In this document: in pieces, positions 38,601 through 53,600 of the stretch
Numbering within the stretch: position 1 is the stretch's first letter
How the letters are laid out: every line of letters begins with the position of its first letter
Assembly: GCF_964355755.1 (NCBI RefSeq)
Contig: NC_092679.1
Location: 10,647,432-10,711,431 of the forward strand
DNA: 64,000 nucleotides
Reading direction: 5' to 3'
Source of the DNA: Antedon mediterranea
Taxonomy: Eukaryota > Animalia > Echinodermata
Position numbers and translations under genes: made by a program
Notes under the pieces: model-generated
What the model was told of the DNA's origin: nothing
The model's input: the letters and a program-made list of their open reading frames with translations, nothing else
Databases searched by the model: none

Positions 38601-41600
38601 TTGGAACAGTCTCCTTGCATATACGCTGTGATTGTACCGCTGAACGTCTCATCTCCTTTTGACAAAGTTGCACAAGTTTTTTTGCATTGGTTATGTTATT
38701 AGAACGGAAAGATGATCGATGTTTATATGCCTATAAGGAGAAAATTGTAAGTAATTCAAGATTATAGTATAAAAATACGAATTTTTCATAAACATACAAT
38801 GATTTTAAATATATTTTAATAAAACTATAAAAGTTTTATTAGCATTCTTTGTATACTTTGTTCCCTCTAGGTATCCATTTATTTATTTAATTACTAAATA
38901 AGGAGATGTTAAAGAAAATGGTTACATAGTTTTGTAATCCCTGTTTACATATTCGTCAGAATGTAGTCCATGAATATTTTTTTTATAAAGGACCAAAGGC
39001 GGAAATATTGCATTTGACGAAATAAAAGTAGATGGAAATGTGATTATTGACCTATGTATGACTTCAATGTTTGAATTAATTCTATAAGTTCTCTTGTAGA
39101 TGTTTCTAGCTTAGTTAAGCTTAGTTTTGTAGGCCTAGCTGGTAATGAGTGGTAACATACAAACATCGTACACTTGCTATATCGTTGCTGAATTAATTGT
39201 ATTGCTTTTTTTGCAGAATCCATTATTACAAATTGAGGAAGACCTGGTATTTTTATTTGTTTACCCTTTCACATAATCGGTTGAAGTGGGTGCATCACAT
39301 CACAATATGAAAATATCAATCCGCGAGGGATGCATTTTAAGATTTATAGCGGGCCGCTAAAATTAGTAGAAAAATATATTTTTTCACACCTTTAAATAAA
39401 AACAAAAACAACTATGTAAGAAAAAATAAGCTTTGTTAATGAAAATGTGTTATAGATAATATGTATAAAAAGAGGAAACTATGTAATCAATGTGGTTAAA
39501 TGATAATGTATGTATAAACAAAATAATATATGGAAATAGTTTTTTTTTTTTAAAGAAAATAAGTAAAAAAAAAAAAAAAAGTGGAATGAATCCACATAAG
39601 AGAAGAAAGTAAAAAAGTTAAATGAAAATTTAAGAAGTTATAGATGCAAAAAAGGATCTGCTGGTTTTGTAAACATTAAAGAACAAAAATATTAATATTA
39701 ATGTTAAAGGATGAGAACAATATTATGTTAACAGTAAACATGTAGTAAGTAATGAGTATAACAGAGAATATGCATTGTTAAATGAAAATGTGGTAGATGA
39801 AAAAATCAAAAACAACTATGTAAGAAAAAAAAATAAGCTTGTTAATGAAAATGTGTTACAGATAATATGTTTAAGCAATGTGATAATATGTAAACAAATG
39901 AATAAATAAGTATATGTATACAGATGATTAAACAAACATTGTAACTATAATGATATGTGAAAAATATATGTAAAGAGAACAGTGGTTTGGAAATAAAAGT
40001 GGGATGAACCCACATAAGATAAAAAAAAAAAAAAAATAAGTTAAAAGAATAAAAATTTTGCAATAGGACCATATAGTATTTATTTTTACATAAAATGGAG
40101 TGTGTGACCTTAAATTAGGTAAAAAAATAAGAAGAAGAATATAATTACAAAAGTCATCAGGCAACTGAAACTAATCTAGGCTATATTTTGTTGTTAGATC
40201 AAATTTCAGCTCACAAACTACATTTAATGTAGAAATAAATACAATACTTTTTTAACGTATGTGTATTTTGCATTTGCGCGGATAACCGGAACTCGTCACA
40301 TTGACGAATTCAAAGCTATTGAATGTTTATATTTGTGGAATGATACTTAATAATGTCATTCGGTGAATGACGCCCACTACTAGTATTTCTTTTTATTTAT
40401 TGTATTATATATTATCTTGCATTTTAAAATAAATTCTTTATTTCATTGTAATGTTTATGATTACATCACAAGTGAAGCACCTCAATAAAAAAAATTCAGA
40501 TTGAAAGATATTGAGAGTATTTTAAAGTAGAATAAATCAACAAAAAGAGTTTGCTATAAATAATCACTAACCTTTGGTATATCTTTTTTTGACATGGCAA
40601 TCCATAGCTTTTTTCTTAAACCATCAATATCTTTTACTCCTGCTAACTTACGGCGTACTATAGAATCATGAAACTGGGAGACAGTTGAAACAGAGAAATG
40701 AGGACGTGGCACTTTTGCTTCTTCTAAATTCACAATCTTCAATTTTCCTTTTCTAAACTTATCCACTAAAATAAATTTGAATTTGTCTTTATTAATTCAA
40801 TTAAACTTAAATATGTAACCATTTAACCAACCAAAGTTGTGATGTTTATATATGTAAAAATTATCTTTTTGGAAATCCCGCTTCAATAATTAATACACTG
40901 AAAGATAAGGGGGTACCAATATGATCTCTGGTCCACATTATCAGATCAGGAGAAAATAAATATGTTAAATGAATATATGAAGAGTATTTTCCTTAGATTT
41001 CCCACATTTTAATGCCCTCAGACTGTATTGTTTATTCACCTCTCTCCCTGTATTTATAATTCACCAAGTGCATGGAAACCATACCTTTTTCCTTTTTCTT
41101 TTTTTTTGGACCAAGAATAAGCCGTTCATTGTCTAAGTATCTGTCATATGTAGACAATAAACCAGCACCATAATATTGATGTTGATGTACCTGCAAAGTC
41201 ATAAAATAGATCTTTGGAAATATTCGGCATTTTATATCTCTTTAACACTAACAACATTATACACTTATCACTTGCTTATAGGTGAAATACAACATTTGAC
41301 ATCCCCGGGGGAAATAATTTCGGTGAGGGAAAATATGGTCTTGAGAGAAAAGTATCATTCCTAAAGTCAAATGTTATATTTCACAGATATAAAAGGCGAT
41401 ATTTAATTGTTATGCTATATAGCCAGATATCTGTAGAACTGGCCGAGTCGGCCTCTTTGCGTGGTCAACTTACCGAAGAATGTTATCCATAAATTGAAAA
41501 ATTGGTAAATTATATCATGAACATAATTTGTACCTTTTTGCTGTATGAGCATACGTCGATACTACAGTACATTTATGCATCGGTAAATTAAGGCCTAGTT

Positions 41601-44600
41601 GCAAATAAATTGATCTTTGCCTGAAAAGTATAACTACCGTACATTTAGGTGTACAAGTCACATCTGTATAAGACGGAGACTGAAATATTAGTATTTTTTG
41701 TGTAGTCGAGGTATAAAACGAACTTTCTAGGCCAAAATTTAAACATTTTACAATCAATACAATGTTATTTTAATAATAAAACAATGATATAATTTTGTTT
41801 GATTGCCAGTGACGATGCATTGTGTGGTAGGGCTTAGCCTATGTCTATTTAAGTGACTTTAGTTGCAATTAAATTTATACCTTGTTATTGTATGTATGAC
41901 CATTATATATTATAAAATCAATCCAAACGATGTAAAAATTCAAATTAATGTAATCTTTCTTTCATTTAATTTCAGTTAAGAAACTTACTGAATCTAAACT
42001 TTTGCAATTTAAATGATTGAAATCGGATTATCCATTCAAAGGTTATGGTACGTTGAAGTTGCCAAAAACAATTTTTGCTTGAGAAATGGCATATTTCCAA
42101 TTATATTTGGAACCATTTTTGAAGGGTTATAACTTTTATATTAATGACTTAAGTTCTTATTTTTGCCAACCCCATAGATACCACAGAGTTGTACAAGACT
42201 ATTATTAATAGCATTTTGCGCGCGTTTTTTCCCAATGTCTCAAAAATGCCCAAATAATTCCTGTCTTAAAATGATTTGTAAATTTTGAACCAGTATACGA
42301 ATTGACTTCTTTTTTTTTTGCATTGCACAGAATGTAAAATGTATTTTGGCAAGATTAATCATAACATTTCATAACTTTTTCAACTTAATGGACATTACAT
42401 GAAGTTGTGCACCTCCTATCTTTTAAAAATGTCAGTTGTGCAACGTGAATTACATGCGATTTTATGATTTTGAATGATCAATAAATAGATTAAAAACCAA
42501 ACATTATTTTATATTGAAACTTTGTGAAATTTGCGTGCATTTTATTTGAAAAAGTTACAAAATACTGTCAAAACCATGCCTATTTTTAATCCACTATAGC
42601 TCCTCAGGCTCACTAACAACATTTTATTTTCTTCAGGTCACAATAGCATAATATTTTTTCTGTGACATCATAATGTTAAAAATTGGAATAAAAGGCGGGT
42701 TTTAATAAACGCTTTACCACTATGTGGTGATCGATCGTGATTACACAGGCTAACAAAACTAGCTAGGCCTACATTAACAGAGTAGTACACTATAGGTACG
42801 CCTAGTTGTTGACTACTGTACTGTTAACTTTGTTTGACTTTTTAGGATGAGTACAGAAATGACCTGTGTATAAGACACGCCCAAAATTATAAATAAACCA
42901 AAATAAATTTACACTACCTAAATAAAATGTAAATTCATTTTTGTCAAAAATTAATAAAATATGCATATTGTTGGTTATTATTACACATTAAGTTAAACAT
43001 TATAAGTTTCATAAACTGAATAATCAATTTCAGTGGGTTTATTTCTCTGAATATAGACAATAGACAATCATTCTAAACTCTACAATGGTCTAAAAATAAT
43101 ACCTCGCCTTGTGTATAGAACAGCTTTTGACAAGAGCGCTTGTATTTATGAACCTTAATAAGGTGTCGTATCTCTTCTTTAGTCATCATCTTATCATCAT
43201 CTTCACTTTCCGAACTGTCTGTCAATAATATGTTCTTTATGTAGAAAAAATGAAACTAATTTAGTCAATGGGCCGGATATAGTTTTTTTTTTTGTTAATA
43301 ACGGTATCAAATTTGTGGAAAATGAGTTTTTGAAAGTTTATTACTGTTTATTAATAAATTGGTTCAGGAGGGTTTTTAGGGAGGGAGGGTGGGGGGGGGG
43401 GAGATATGAGGGAGGCGTTTATTATGGAGAGGCGTTTTTTTTTTTTGGGTGTAATAAGGTAACATGTATAATCAAATAAATACCTGTTAGATATGAAAAA
43501 ATACAACACAATTAATATCAAGAAGTCAGTAATGAATTCTACTACAAATAGAAATGTATTAGGGAGTTTATTTGAGGAATCAAATAAACACCTGGGCATT
43601 TATTCGAGGAGAGAATTTATGCCAAACGATCTACAGTACTATGGTAAATCAAAGAAATCAAATCTAGTTTAACTCTTTTTAACTTCCCATAACATAATAT
43701 CCTCGACCAGTGAAACCATGGTGAAATAAAATGGAATTCACACACCTCTGTATTGAGCAATGTGCTTAGTTACCTTTAACCATTTTCTGCTTTTCTTCAA
43801 CTTTGTAAAGTTATACAGCCGTCGTCTGTCTGTCTTTCTTTCTGTATTATAAAAAACCGAAGCAGTTAAGTACAGTATGCAAATTATTTTCGAAATATTC
43901 CTTGTACTACAGTATAAAAGGTTTTTTTTTTAAATGGTAAAAATTGTTTGTCTGCATGGCTTGACTAAACTTAAATGTCTAATTAGCACTAATAAAGGCG
44001 TTAATTAAGGTAATTTAGCATAGTGATGGTCACTTAAGAATTAATGATATTGATTCCTGATAGGTCAGAGAAAATTTCAGAATTGGTTTGGTCCATGTAC
44101 TCGATATGCAAATTAAATGCAATTTTAGGGTAATTTGGATGGTTCCCACTTAAAATTGAACAGAACCAGTCACTTAAAGAATTGCCATTTCTGGGTCCCA
44201 TAGACCATTCTATATACCTCAAACTATTTGTACTAAACTTGCTACCTAATAGTTCTTTCATGGCCCTGAGACATTAACGTAAACTTAAAAGGTGTTGTAA
44301 AATCAAATGCTTCCTGAACAGACCTGTCCTTTTTTGATTGAATTGATAAACAATTCCTAAAACTGAAACCAAACGTTACCACTACGATAGTATTGAAGTT
44401 CTATGTGTAAATTTATGGGAGCTTTTTACGGGAAAGAGCACAGAGGTGGATGTTGAAACATTCCTAGGCAGTGGATGTTGAAACATTGCTACACTGCATT
44501 GCAGGAAAAACCAATTGCATGAGTTAACTTTAGCCAAGTCCGGGAATCGTCAGGTACACAGCCGGTAGCAAATAAATTTGAAAATCCTAACCAAAACAGC

Positions 44601-47600
44601 ACTTGTATACCAATGTACATGTATTATAACAGCCTCTTACTCATATTGGCATTTCTACGCTGACCTAGCCATAACAACCATGAGTGACTCAATTGTAAAG
44701 GCCTGAAGGCTGCAGAAGTGCACTGTTTTTGTTTTGCTGGACATTCTAACAGAATCTTGTTTTCGACTTCGGCAACACCAAGCAATGATATAAGGTGGGG
44801 TTTGGAGACAGGAAGGTGAGGCTATGCAGAAGTACACAACTCTTTAGTGTCGAGACAGTAGCCACAATCCAATATTACCTAAATTTGCAGTGTATTCTGA
44901 AATTGGGTAAAATGCCTTAAATGGCAGTGAATGTAGAAATTGATCGGTAGAGAGACAGGAAAATCAGTGAGCGGTCAGGAGATCAGTGAGTGAGCGGTAG
45001 TAGTGAAGACGTGTGTAGATTGTGCTCTGGTTTTGTTCGACAATCTTTTCACTCATACTTAACACTGTGCATCATAGAGCCTACAGTACTTGGACGGTAC
45101 CAGTAAATTGTCGATGTTTTAAACAGCCCTGTACTAACATACCGTAATGTCGAGAACTAAGGACAGAGATCCAGCAAAATCCAAGGGTATTTCGTACTAT
45201 TTGAGATCCGGCAAGGACGAAACAGGTGGAAATGCATATGCAAATGAGGTACCGGTATGCAGCAACAACGCTATTCAAGTTATTCATTAACTGCTCCTGT
45301 TGTTGATAGGCTTACACTAACTGAACCTGCTGCAGAAGAAGAAACTGTGAGTACTATTAATGCTGGCATTGTCCCCTGCAATAATGAACCTCCTAATTAT
45401 GTTCTTGAGGAAATTGGACGCCATACTCGTGTCAAATGTTAGCAGTCGGGCAGCGACTCGCGCATGTCGAACTTAAAACCATAGCCATTTTTCTGGGAAT
45501 TCCATTTTACTTGCTGTCCACACACTAGATTGTAGTAGCTCAAAATGTAAAATATGTGTTCCAGAACGAATTTGATATTATTATCGAGGGGACTACGACA
45601 GGGTTGCCCTTTATCTCCATATTTATTTATAATTGCGGCAGAAATGCTTGGGATATCATTGAGACAAAATAAAAACTTTTATATGTGTTCTTCTTGAAGG
45701 ATGAATATTCACTGAATACAGCAATAGAAATTCTGGTCTAAATGTCAACTTTGACAAAAGTAATATTTTAAGACTAGGCACTTTTACCAATTTTAAAATT
45801 GACTGCACCAATTTGTGTTGGACAGATGGGCCAATCAAATACCTTGGAATATATGTTTCGGGGAACGCTTACACTTACTCTTAACTTTTAAAATAAATTG
45901 AAACAAATAAAAAGTGTTCTCAACATGTGGAAACTAAGAGGTTTATCTTACCAATTTTATCATATAATTTTTCAAATTTACACCTGATGTAGAATATATT
46001 AACAAACTACAAAATACGTTCTTTGATTTTCTTTGGGATGGAAAACCTGATAAACTAAAAAGGATTCAGGATTTGTATAATGAATGAAAAAAAATAAATA
46101 AAAAAAGAACGACGGACAACAAACCTTAAATGGGTATTTGAATACATTTCTTACCACATTTAAGCAAGATTGTATTTTGTACAGCAACCACATGCTAGAA
46201 GTATGATTGAATGGTGCATTGTAAAAAGGGGTTGTGTTCTAGCAAAGAACAAGAATGCTCAGCTTTTTCCTATTTTTACTGACCCATCAAACAATCATTT
46301 TATGTTTTTATGGTACATTTCTGACATATTGTATAAGTTTTAACATGTATGTTTAAAACACATTTCAACGTGTTTATCAGTGGCAATCAGTCAGCCATAC
46401 AAAGGGGAGGTGTCAACTACCAAATGGAATAAACAGCCCCAAACGGCCAGCTTCCAAACGGCCTTTCCCAAAAACTTGTTTGGTCAGCTTGACATACAAC
46501 AATAACAAACATGTTAAAATGTGTTTCTGCCGTTAGAAATAATGTGTAGTTTCTTTTGCGCCTTATGAAGGATAACATCATCCAGATGCGTCTGATGACT
46601 AGATTGGCTAATTTATGGTTTTACCCGACACAAAAATTAATCTACCTAAAAATATAATTTTAAAAAAAACAAGAACTACCTTGTTTATTTATATTGAATC
46701 CATTGGTATGTTTCACGGTATCTGCCTTAACATTCTTCTGCTGATGATGCGTATCTTTATGGCCATTTGGTTTAAAATCTCCATTTGTCAAGTTAACATT
46801 TTCATCTTCATAATCATCACTATCAGAATACCTGCATTATAAATATACATTTTATATTTGTTTAAACATATTCAACTGGTTTATAGTCAGTAACATCTAA
46901 TAAAAATGAATGAATTTTAGTTAGTCGTGCTGTCACCATTTTGGAAAAAAAACAAAACCAAGAAGCTATGATCAATTGTTGGGTTGAAGTCTCTTCATTG
47001 TAAACAGTAGTACTCATAAGAATATTGTTTACATAATATCTAGTTGAATTTTTAAAATGTTACCATATTTACTTTCAGATTCTTTATCAATTTGGGTCAG
47101 AAAAATCATGGTATTTTGTAACCGACTTTCGGTTTTAGTTAAAGAAACCTTATTTAAATAACAATTTACGAGTCTTTTTTGAAAACATGCAGAAGAAATT
47201 CATTTCATTTCTGTTGTGAAAGGGTCTTGCACTGATGATAATTGATACTGATAGGCCTAGATATTTTAAATACATATTATTGATGTTTGGTGGTTAAATG
47301 TTTGAAATAATAAATATTAGCGTACAATTCAAGGATTCAGGCAATTAAATACATAAGCACATAATAAATAAAATAAATATATTGAATATTTTAGAGAGCC
47401 ATACAATAGAACTTTTTCAACCTTTTTTCCTACTCAGGGCTCGATTTAGTACTAGCACGGGGTATACAGTTTCTAGAGAAAACAGCTCAGGGCTACCTAA
47501 AGTAGGGACGAAATTGGGACGAAATGACCTCATAAAAATAATTCCGGCATAAAAGACTCTGCTGTGGCTATATCAAGTGATGAAATACTGTAGGTCTCTC

Positions 47601-50600
47601 ATAATAATCAAGCAAATCTCCCGAATTATGATTGGCCATTTATGTTTTTGTAACCCAGGTTATTGTGAAGTAGGCGGAGCTTCATTATCAAGAATGTATT
47701 GGTCAAACACATCACAGAAAACATAAGCATAAATAATGAACTGTGATTGGCCAAATGTAGTAGAATTTTGTCAATGCTAAAAATAACTTGTCTAGTCTTG
47801 TCAGGCCTGGTTGTCACAGATCAGAGCTACCTGTAGGAAAATTTTGTAGGGCCGGGTGGCTGGTTGACATGCTGGTGAGAACCCTGAATATAGGCCAGGT
47901 AAATCGATTCTGTGAATGTGGTAGGCATGAAATAGGCTATGCGACGCAAAGTTAATTTTTATAATGTGAACAATAAAGAATACGATTTTGTGTAATTTTT
48001 CATGCAATAATTTGTACAAAAAATGTGTAGCAATTCTCGAGTGTTAAAAAAGGTTAAAAGGAGAAGTTAAAAGGGGTAGTAACAAAGTGCGAGGCAGCGA
48101 GGCACGCGAGGCAGGGAAGGCATGCGAGGCAAGTCAGAAATTTATGCGAGGCATCGTTTTACCATCATCAAAAAATGCGAGGCATCATTTTATCATTTCT
48201 CAAAATTGCAAGGCAGGAAATCACCGAAATTGAAGTAGCCTAGGCCTAGGCCCGCTAGGCTAGTTTCAGGCCTCGAATTTGGGGATTTTAGGGGCAAGGC
48301 CATTTGGCCTCCGGTTTTCGTTGATTTGAGGGGCACCAAGGCCAAATGGGAGGGCACCAAGGCCATTTGTTTTAAATCGAAGGGGAACCAAGGCCAAAAT
48401 TAAAAAATATTTTAATAACTAGGCCAAAATTAAAAAATAGCTTGTTTCCGGTTGAGCGCCCGGGTGGAATTTTTTTCAAAAAAAAAAAATTCTACCCGCA
48501 AACATTTTTGGGGGAATTTCCCCTATTCATCAGATTGCGTAGTAGTAGTAGTAGGAGAGGACTGTCTACATCTTTTTGTATTTCATTATATATAAATATT
48601 ACGTGTATTTACGATCCATATAAATAATAATTATTAAGGTACGATGTTTAGCGTTCACAGTTGTTTCGTTTAGTTTCAAACAATGCGATAAAAAAAAGGC
48701 ATGTGAAGCCAGGCCCAACAGGTAAAGACCCTACACTAAGGCGCAGCGGACGGAGAACACAGGTTACAAAAACAATTTGTTTGTAGGCCTACAACTATTC
48801 ATACACAGAGTGTTAACCACGGTAAAAATCAAGCCAATGACATTATGTTGTAGAATATAAATTATTGTTATTTTCCGAGTTTTGATTTCTGAAGCTTTTT
48901 TGTTAGTATAATCCATATTCATAAGAATTCAAAACACGGACGGACGCCGACCCCTCTCTCTCTGTTTAGGCTTCTGCACGTGTATTGTGGACTATACCAT
49001 TTCCTTGAGTTCGGTAAAAACGCGTTTGTTAATTTAGTGTACGACGTCGTTAAACAAGATTTTTCGATGATCTGTCGGCTGGATTATTGAGGTGGGTGCG
49101 ATAAAATATAAATATAATATACTTCCAACGATCTTCGGGTTGAGGTACCGGTTTAACTTTAGTACTAAAAGTTGACACCCCTAATTTTACACGTATAATG
49201 GAATGGACTACACCATGCAGGAACGCACATGGTATTTTCATATCAGAGGGTGCGTGTACGTCAAAAGGAATTGTTTTTCCAACGACCGATCCTCTTTCTT
49301 CGTGTGAAATTTCTTATCAGAGGGTGCGTGTGCGTCAAATAGAATTGTTTTCCCAATGTATTGAATTGTGCTTGATCGGTTCGGCGCGCGGCGGGAGGAT
49401 AGGCTAGGCTAGGAGTGCGTGTAATTTTTTTTTCAACGAAGGCGGCTAGCTCGATTATTGAGGCGGGGGTGGTGCGACTTTAATACTTTCAGTGACCTCC
49501 GATCGAGGAACGTTTTTAGCTTTATTATTAAAAGTGTACACCACTGTATTTTAATGTACTATCTATACCATTATTTACCACGCACGGCGGCCGGGACGAT
49601 ATTGTTTTGGTTATATAAATATGTTCGATGTTTTCTCTAAGTAAATGCGTTTTTTAGGGAAATCCCCTTTACAACGTAACGAAGACAGGCGATAGTTTTG
49701 CGTCTCGTCCGATATTCTTGACATTATTTTCTATCTACTTCAGTGGTTTTTATTGTGGTAAAACTCGGGAAGGGCACTCACGGCCAACGGAAAAAAAAAG
49801 GGCAGGCCAGTAGTGGCCGTGGGTGCTATTAATTTTCGAGGGCATTGAGGCCAACTGGGAGGGCACCGACGGCACTGGCCGCGGTGGCCGCGGTAAAATT
49901 CGAGGCCTGCTAGTTTCCTTTTGCACCTGCCTTGTATTTTAACCAACTTTATCCTGAATACCACAGCTTAGAATTAGTAGGCCTACTTTAATGAAGAAAA
50001 ATCACATAAAAGTAACAATAAATCCATTAAATTGGTGATTTTACAGACGTTGTTTTTCTCGCATTTCGCACACTCAATGTTCAATATTTTGGTTTCTATG
50101 TAGACTTGCCCCAAGTCTGTATTTATTGTCTTTTTTTAAATATTTATTTGTTTTTATTTCGACCGCGATTTTTCTCTGAAAATACAGACTTGTGAAACAC
50201 GTATAGAAATCGATTTGCAGACCGCAAACATCCGATAAGAATGACGTAGGTTATCATACCGTATTTGGCTATATGGGGCGGGCGGTATGTAAATATGGAT
50301 TTCGAATCAACCAATGATCATTTTGTTTCAAAATGAAAAAGATAGAGTACGTACAGTGCTGAATGTACCATCGAGACTGAACAACTGTTGAAATATAAAA
50401 TCGTGTTGCCAAGTTGTTTTGTTTATTAATTGTTTAGTCCTGGCCTAGGCCTCCTTCGTAGGGATACTCAACTCGTACGTATGACCTGCCAAATAGAACG
50501 CCAATAAAGTGCATACCACCACCGACCGGCACACAACAGGGCTACACCGGCACACAACAGGGCTACACCACCACACAGAACAGGACAGGGTATGGCTGGG

Positions 50601-53600
50601 TGGGAAATAAATTAAATTATCTCCGCATAATAAATGATCCATTCAATGTTTTATTTGCGGAGAAGCTAGCCTATCATATCTAGACGAGTTTTCATGTTCT
50701 TGGGAAAAATCCCATCAAATGTTTACCAGACTACTAGGCATATAAAATCATTTCTAGCTTTCAGAAACTGTTCATCAATGTACCCAAGTGCACATTGTCT
50801 AAACGTAATATAGCGCATGCGCATCGTCTTAGATGTTGAGTCTTTGAAATTCTAAAATATGAATATTAAATTAAAACAGTGTACGAGTGAGTAGCCAATC
50901 ACATGCAGCTGAAACTAGTCAACCGGATAATCGTATGCACCAAGAATTCTTGGTGTCAAACCACGTGACTTGTGCGTGTTTCCCCAGACGGAGTATCCAA
51001 ACTCAAGTAATACACGTATGAAACGCCATATGTGCAAAAATATTTATATTTTTACTAATATTAAGACAAAACTCCGTCTGGAGCCCAGACTAGTTTCTAT
51101 GGAACGCCAAAAGAGCAAAATTAATTAGAGGGCTAAAAACTCTGTGGAATCCATTTATATTTAACGCATTATTTGGTGAAAATCAAGTACAATTTCAATA
51201 GATTTTGTCACTGTCAGTGTCAGTAAGGAAAAATGTTACTGTTGATAATGTACACGGTTTCGTTAACCTTTTAAAGAATAAAATAGAAAAATTCATCATA
51301 ATATCCTTAGTAGGATGTCCTAGGTCTAGACTAGGTAGTGATGTTGATTTAGGATCGATTATTATTCTTTGAAAACAGAACAGTATCAGCAGTAACATAT
51401 TACAGCATTTTTATTGACAAATTAACAAATATAATGAAATAAAACGTGTTTTTCACCAATAAATGCATGAGAAATTGACGCATTCCACTGAGTTTTAGTC
51501 CTCTATTATCGTTGCTCTTTTGGCGCTCCATAGAAACAAAAATATTGAACATTGAATAAGTGAAATTCGCGAACAGTGTGCGAAAAACACGCCTGTAAAA
51601 TCATTAATTTAAGGATTTATTTGTTACTTTTTATGTGATTCTTTCATTAAAGTACTCATGAGGTATACTTCTAAGGTGTGGTATTCACACGATAAAGTTA
51701 GTTATCAAATTTGGAGTAAAAATACAAGCGAAGGAAACTAGCGCCAGGTTTATTAGTACGTACATGGACAACAATAAATAAAAATCGTTCGTAATATACC
51801 TAGCTTACTAAAACAGGAATAGTGTATCATTATTAAATATTACACCAACTATTATTATATCAAAATTGATTAAATTATTTTCTACATAGGCCTCTTATCT
51901 AGGTTAGGGCTAAGCATATTAGCTAAAGTTTAATTTTAGGCCTAGTATTACAATTGTCGGACGTAAGTCTTTTTTCACACGCGCTCCAGAATTCTGTCGC
52001 AATTTTTTTCTTTGCGGCATGTTATTGGATCGCCATATCAGTTACCTTTTATTCACCGCCAGTTATTGAACTTGTCCTGGCAATCGCTGTTCACCTTATT
52101 TGCGAGAGAGGTACACGTGTTGTTCCTAGAGAATGGAATGTCAAAAATGTCTTTGGCACGCCGCTCAGAGAGAAGTCTGTGCGTTGCTGCTGCTGAAACC
52201 ACGTGCTATAGGAGGGGAATGCACCACAATCCTCTGAGCTGAGGGCTGAATAATTCCGCTACCTGCTAAATAGTAAAGAGGGATTTTCCATCTCTCGGGT
52301 CTACCGGATCTAGGCGCAGGGGTGTGACAAAATATTATTTTCACTCTGCTATGTTCGAGAGACATGTGAGTGAACACGCTCGAAATGCCAACAAACATTG
52401 CAGTCATTTGATGAGTGTGTCGCTATAACAATTATTGTTTATCGAAAGTTGAAGACTGTCGTTCAGATTTTTTAACCGTAGTTTGGGCACTTTTGTAAAA
52501 GTAAAATTTGACAAGATATGACTTGAATGAAAAAACAATCGTTACATAAAAATAAACAACATGCTATTTAGATACGCTTGTATCGATTGATTATTAGGCC
52601 TATAATATAGCATAATAGCATGTTAAGATATGCCTCGCACCTTTTTGAAATTGTAAACTATATGCCTCGCACTTTTGGAAATGATAAAATGATGCCTCGC
52701 ACAAATATTTGGCATGCCCCGCTTGCCTCGCACTTTGTCAACACTCAGTTAAAAAGATGGATGTTTGGATCTTAGAAACTTTGAAAAATGTGTTGGTAAT
52801 GGCAAGCCAAAGTTCAGTGCACATGCTAAGCAGGAGTTCCCTATTTGCATTTAATTTTGTCCTGCCAAATTTTCCTGGGGATGGTTCCCAAGTATTACAG
52901 TCTGTGCCAATCTGTGTGTTAAATTCGCCCAAATTCGGTTAAAAGACAGTGGAAACCGTAATAAGTAGTCATAACATCGACAAGGCTTACTCACTCCATA
53001 GGCTGCCTAGCTTTCAAAGCTATGAACAATACTGCCCCTCGATACATCACCCAACTATTTTCCACTGTTCCGATACGTTCTATGAGGACTAGGGCTGCTT
53101 CCAGGGGCGACTTACTGGTACCCAAAGTAAAATTGGAATGTTTCCGGCGCTCTTTTATTTATTCTGCTAGTATTTTATATAATTTATTACCTTCTGTTTT
53201 AAAAGAATGTACCAATATTAACTCGTTTAAATTTAATTTTAAAAAACACATTATATCGTATTGTCTAATTGAATATTTTTTTAGATAATTATTTTTTTAG
53301 ATAATTGTTTTAAATTTAAATGTATATAGTAGATTCGTATTAGTTCAGTATAGTTTTATATATTTTGTTATTTTTAAGAGGGCCCCTGGATATCAGCTGA
53401 CCTGCGGGTTCAGCTGGAAGGGTTACCCTCTCTAAATAAAGTTGAAATAAAAAATAAATGGTTCTGGTGGTAGGACGAGTCTTCTCGGATAAGGACTATA
53501 AACTGTAGGTCCAGTGTACACATCTGGCTCTTGTGCACTTAAAAGAACCTAGTACATCTTTCGAGACAAGTAGGGGGTTACCCCGGTGTACTAGTTCATA

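Larger units (their letters stand above)
48082..52738. mobile_element. Large TIR element with TGCGAGGCA subterminal repeats (host of a nested cluster)
   Basis: ACAAAGTGCGAGGCA at 48082 vs TGCCTCGCACTTTGT at ~52724-52738, with several inverted GCGAGGCA copies on each arm; TSD unresolved. Confidence 0.7.

Noticed and set aside
47435-47886. Possible hAT MITE (CAGGGCTC...GAACCCTG)
   Set aside because: TIR match is poor and there is no TSD.
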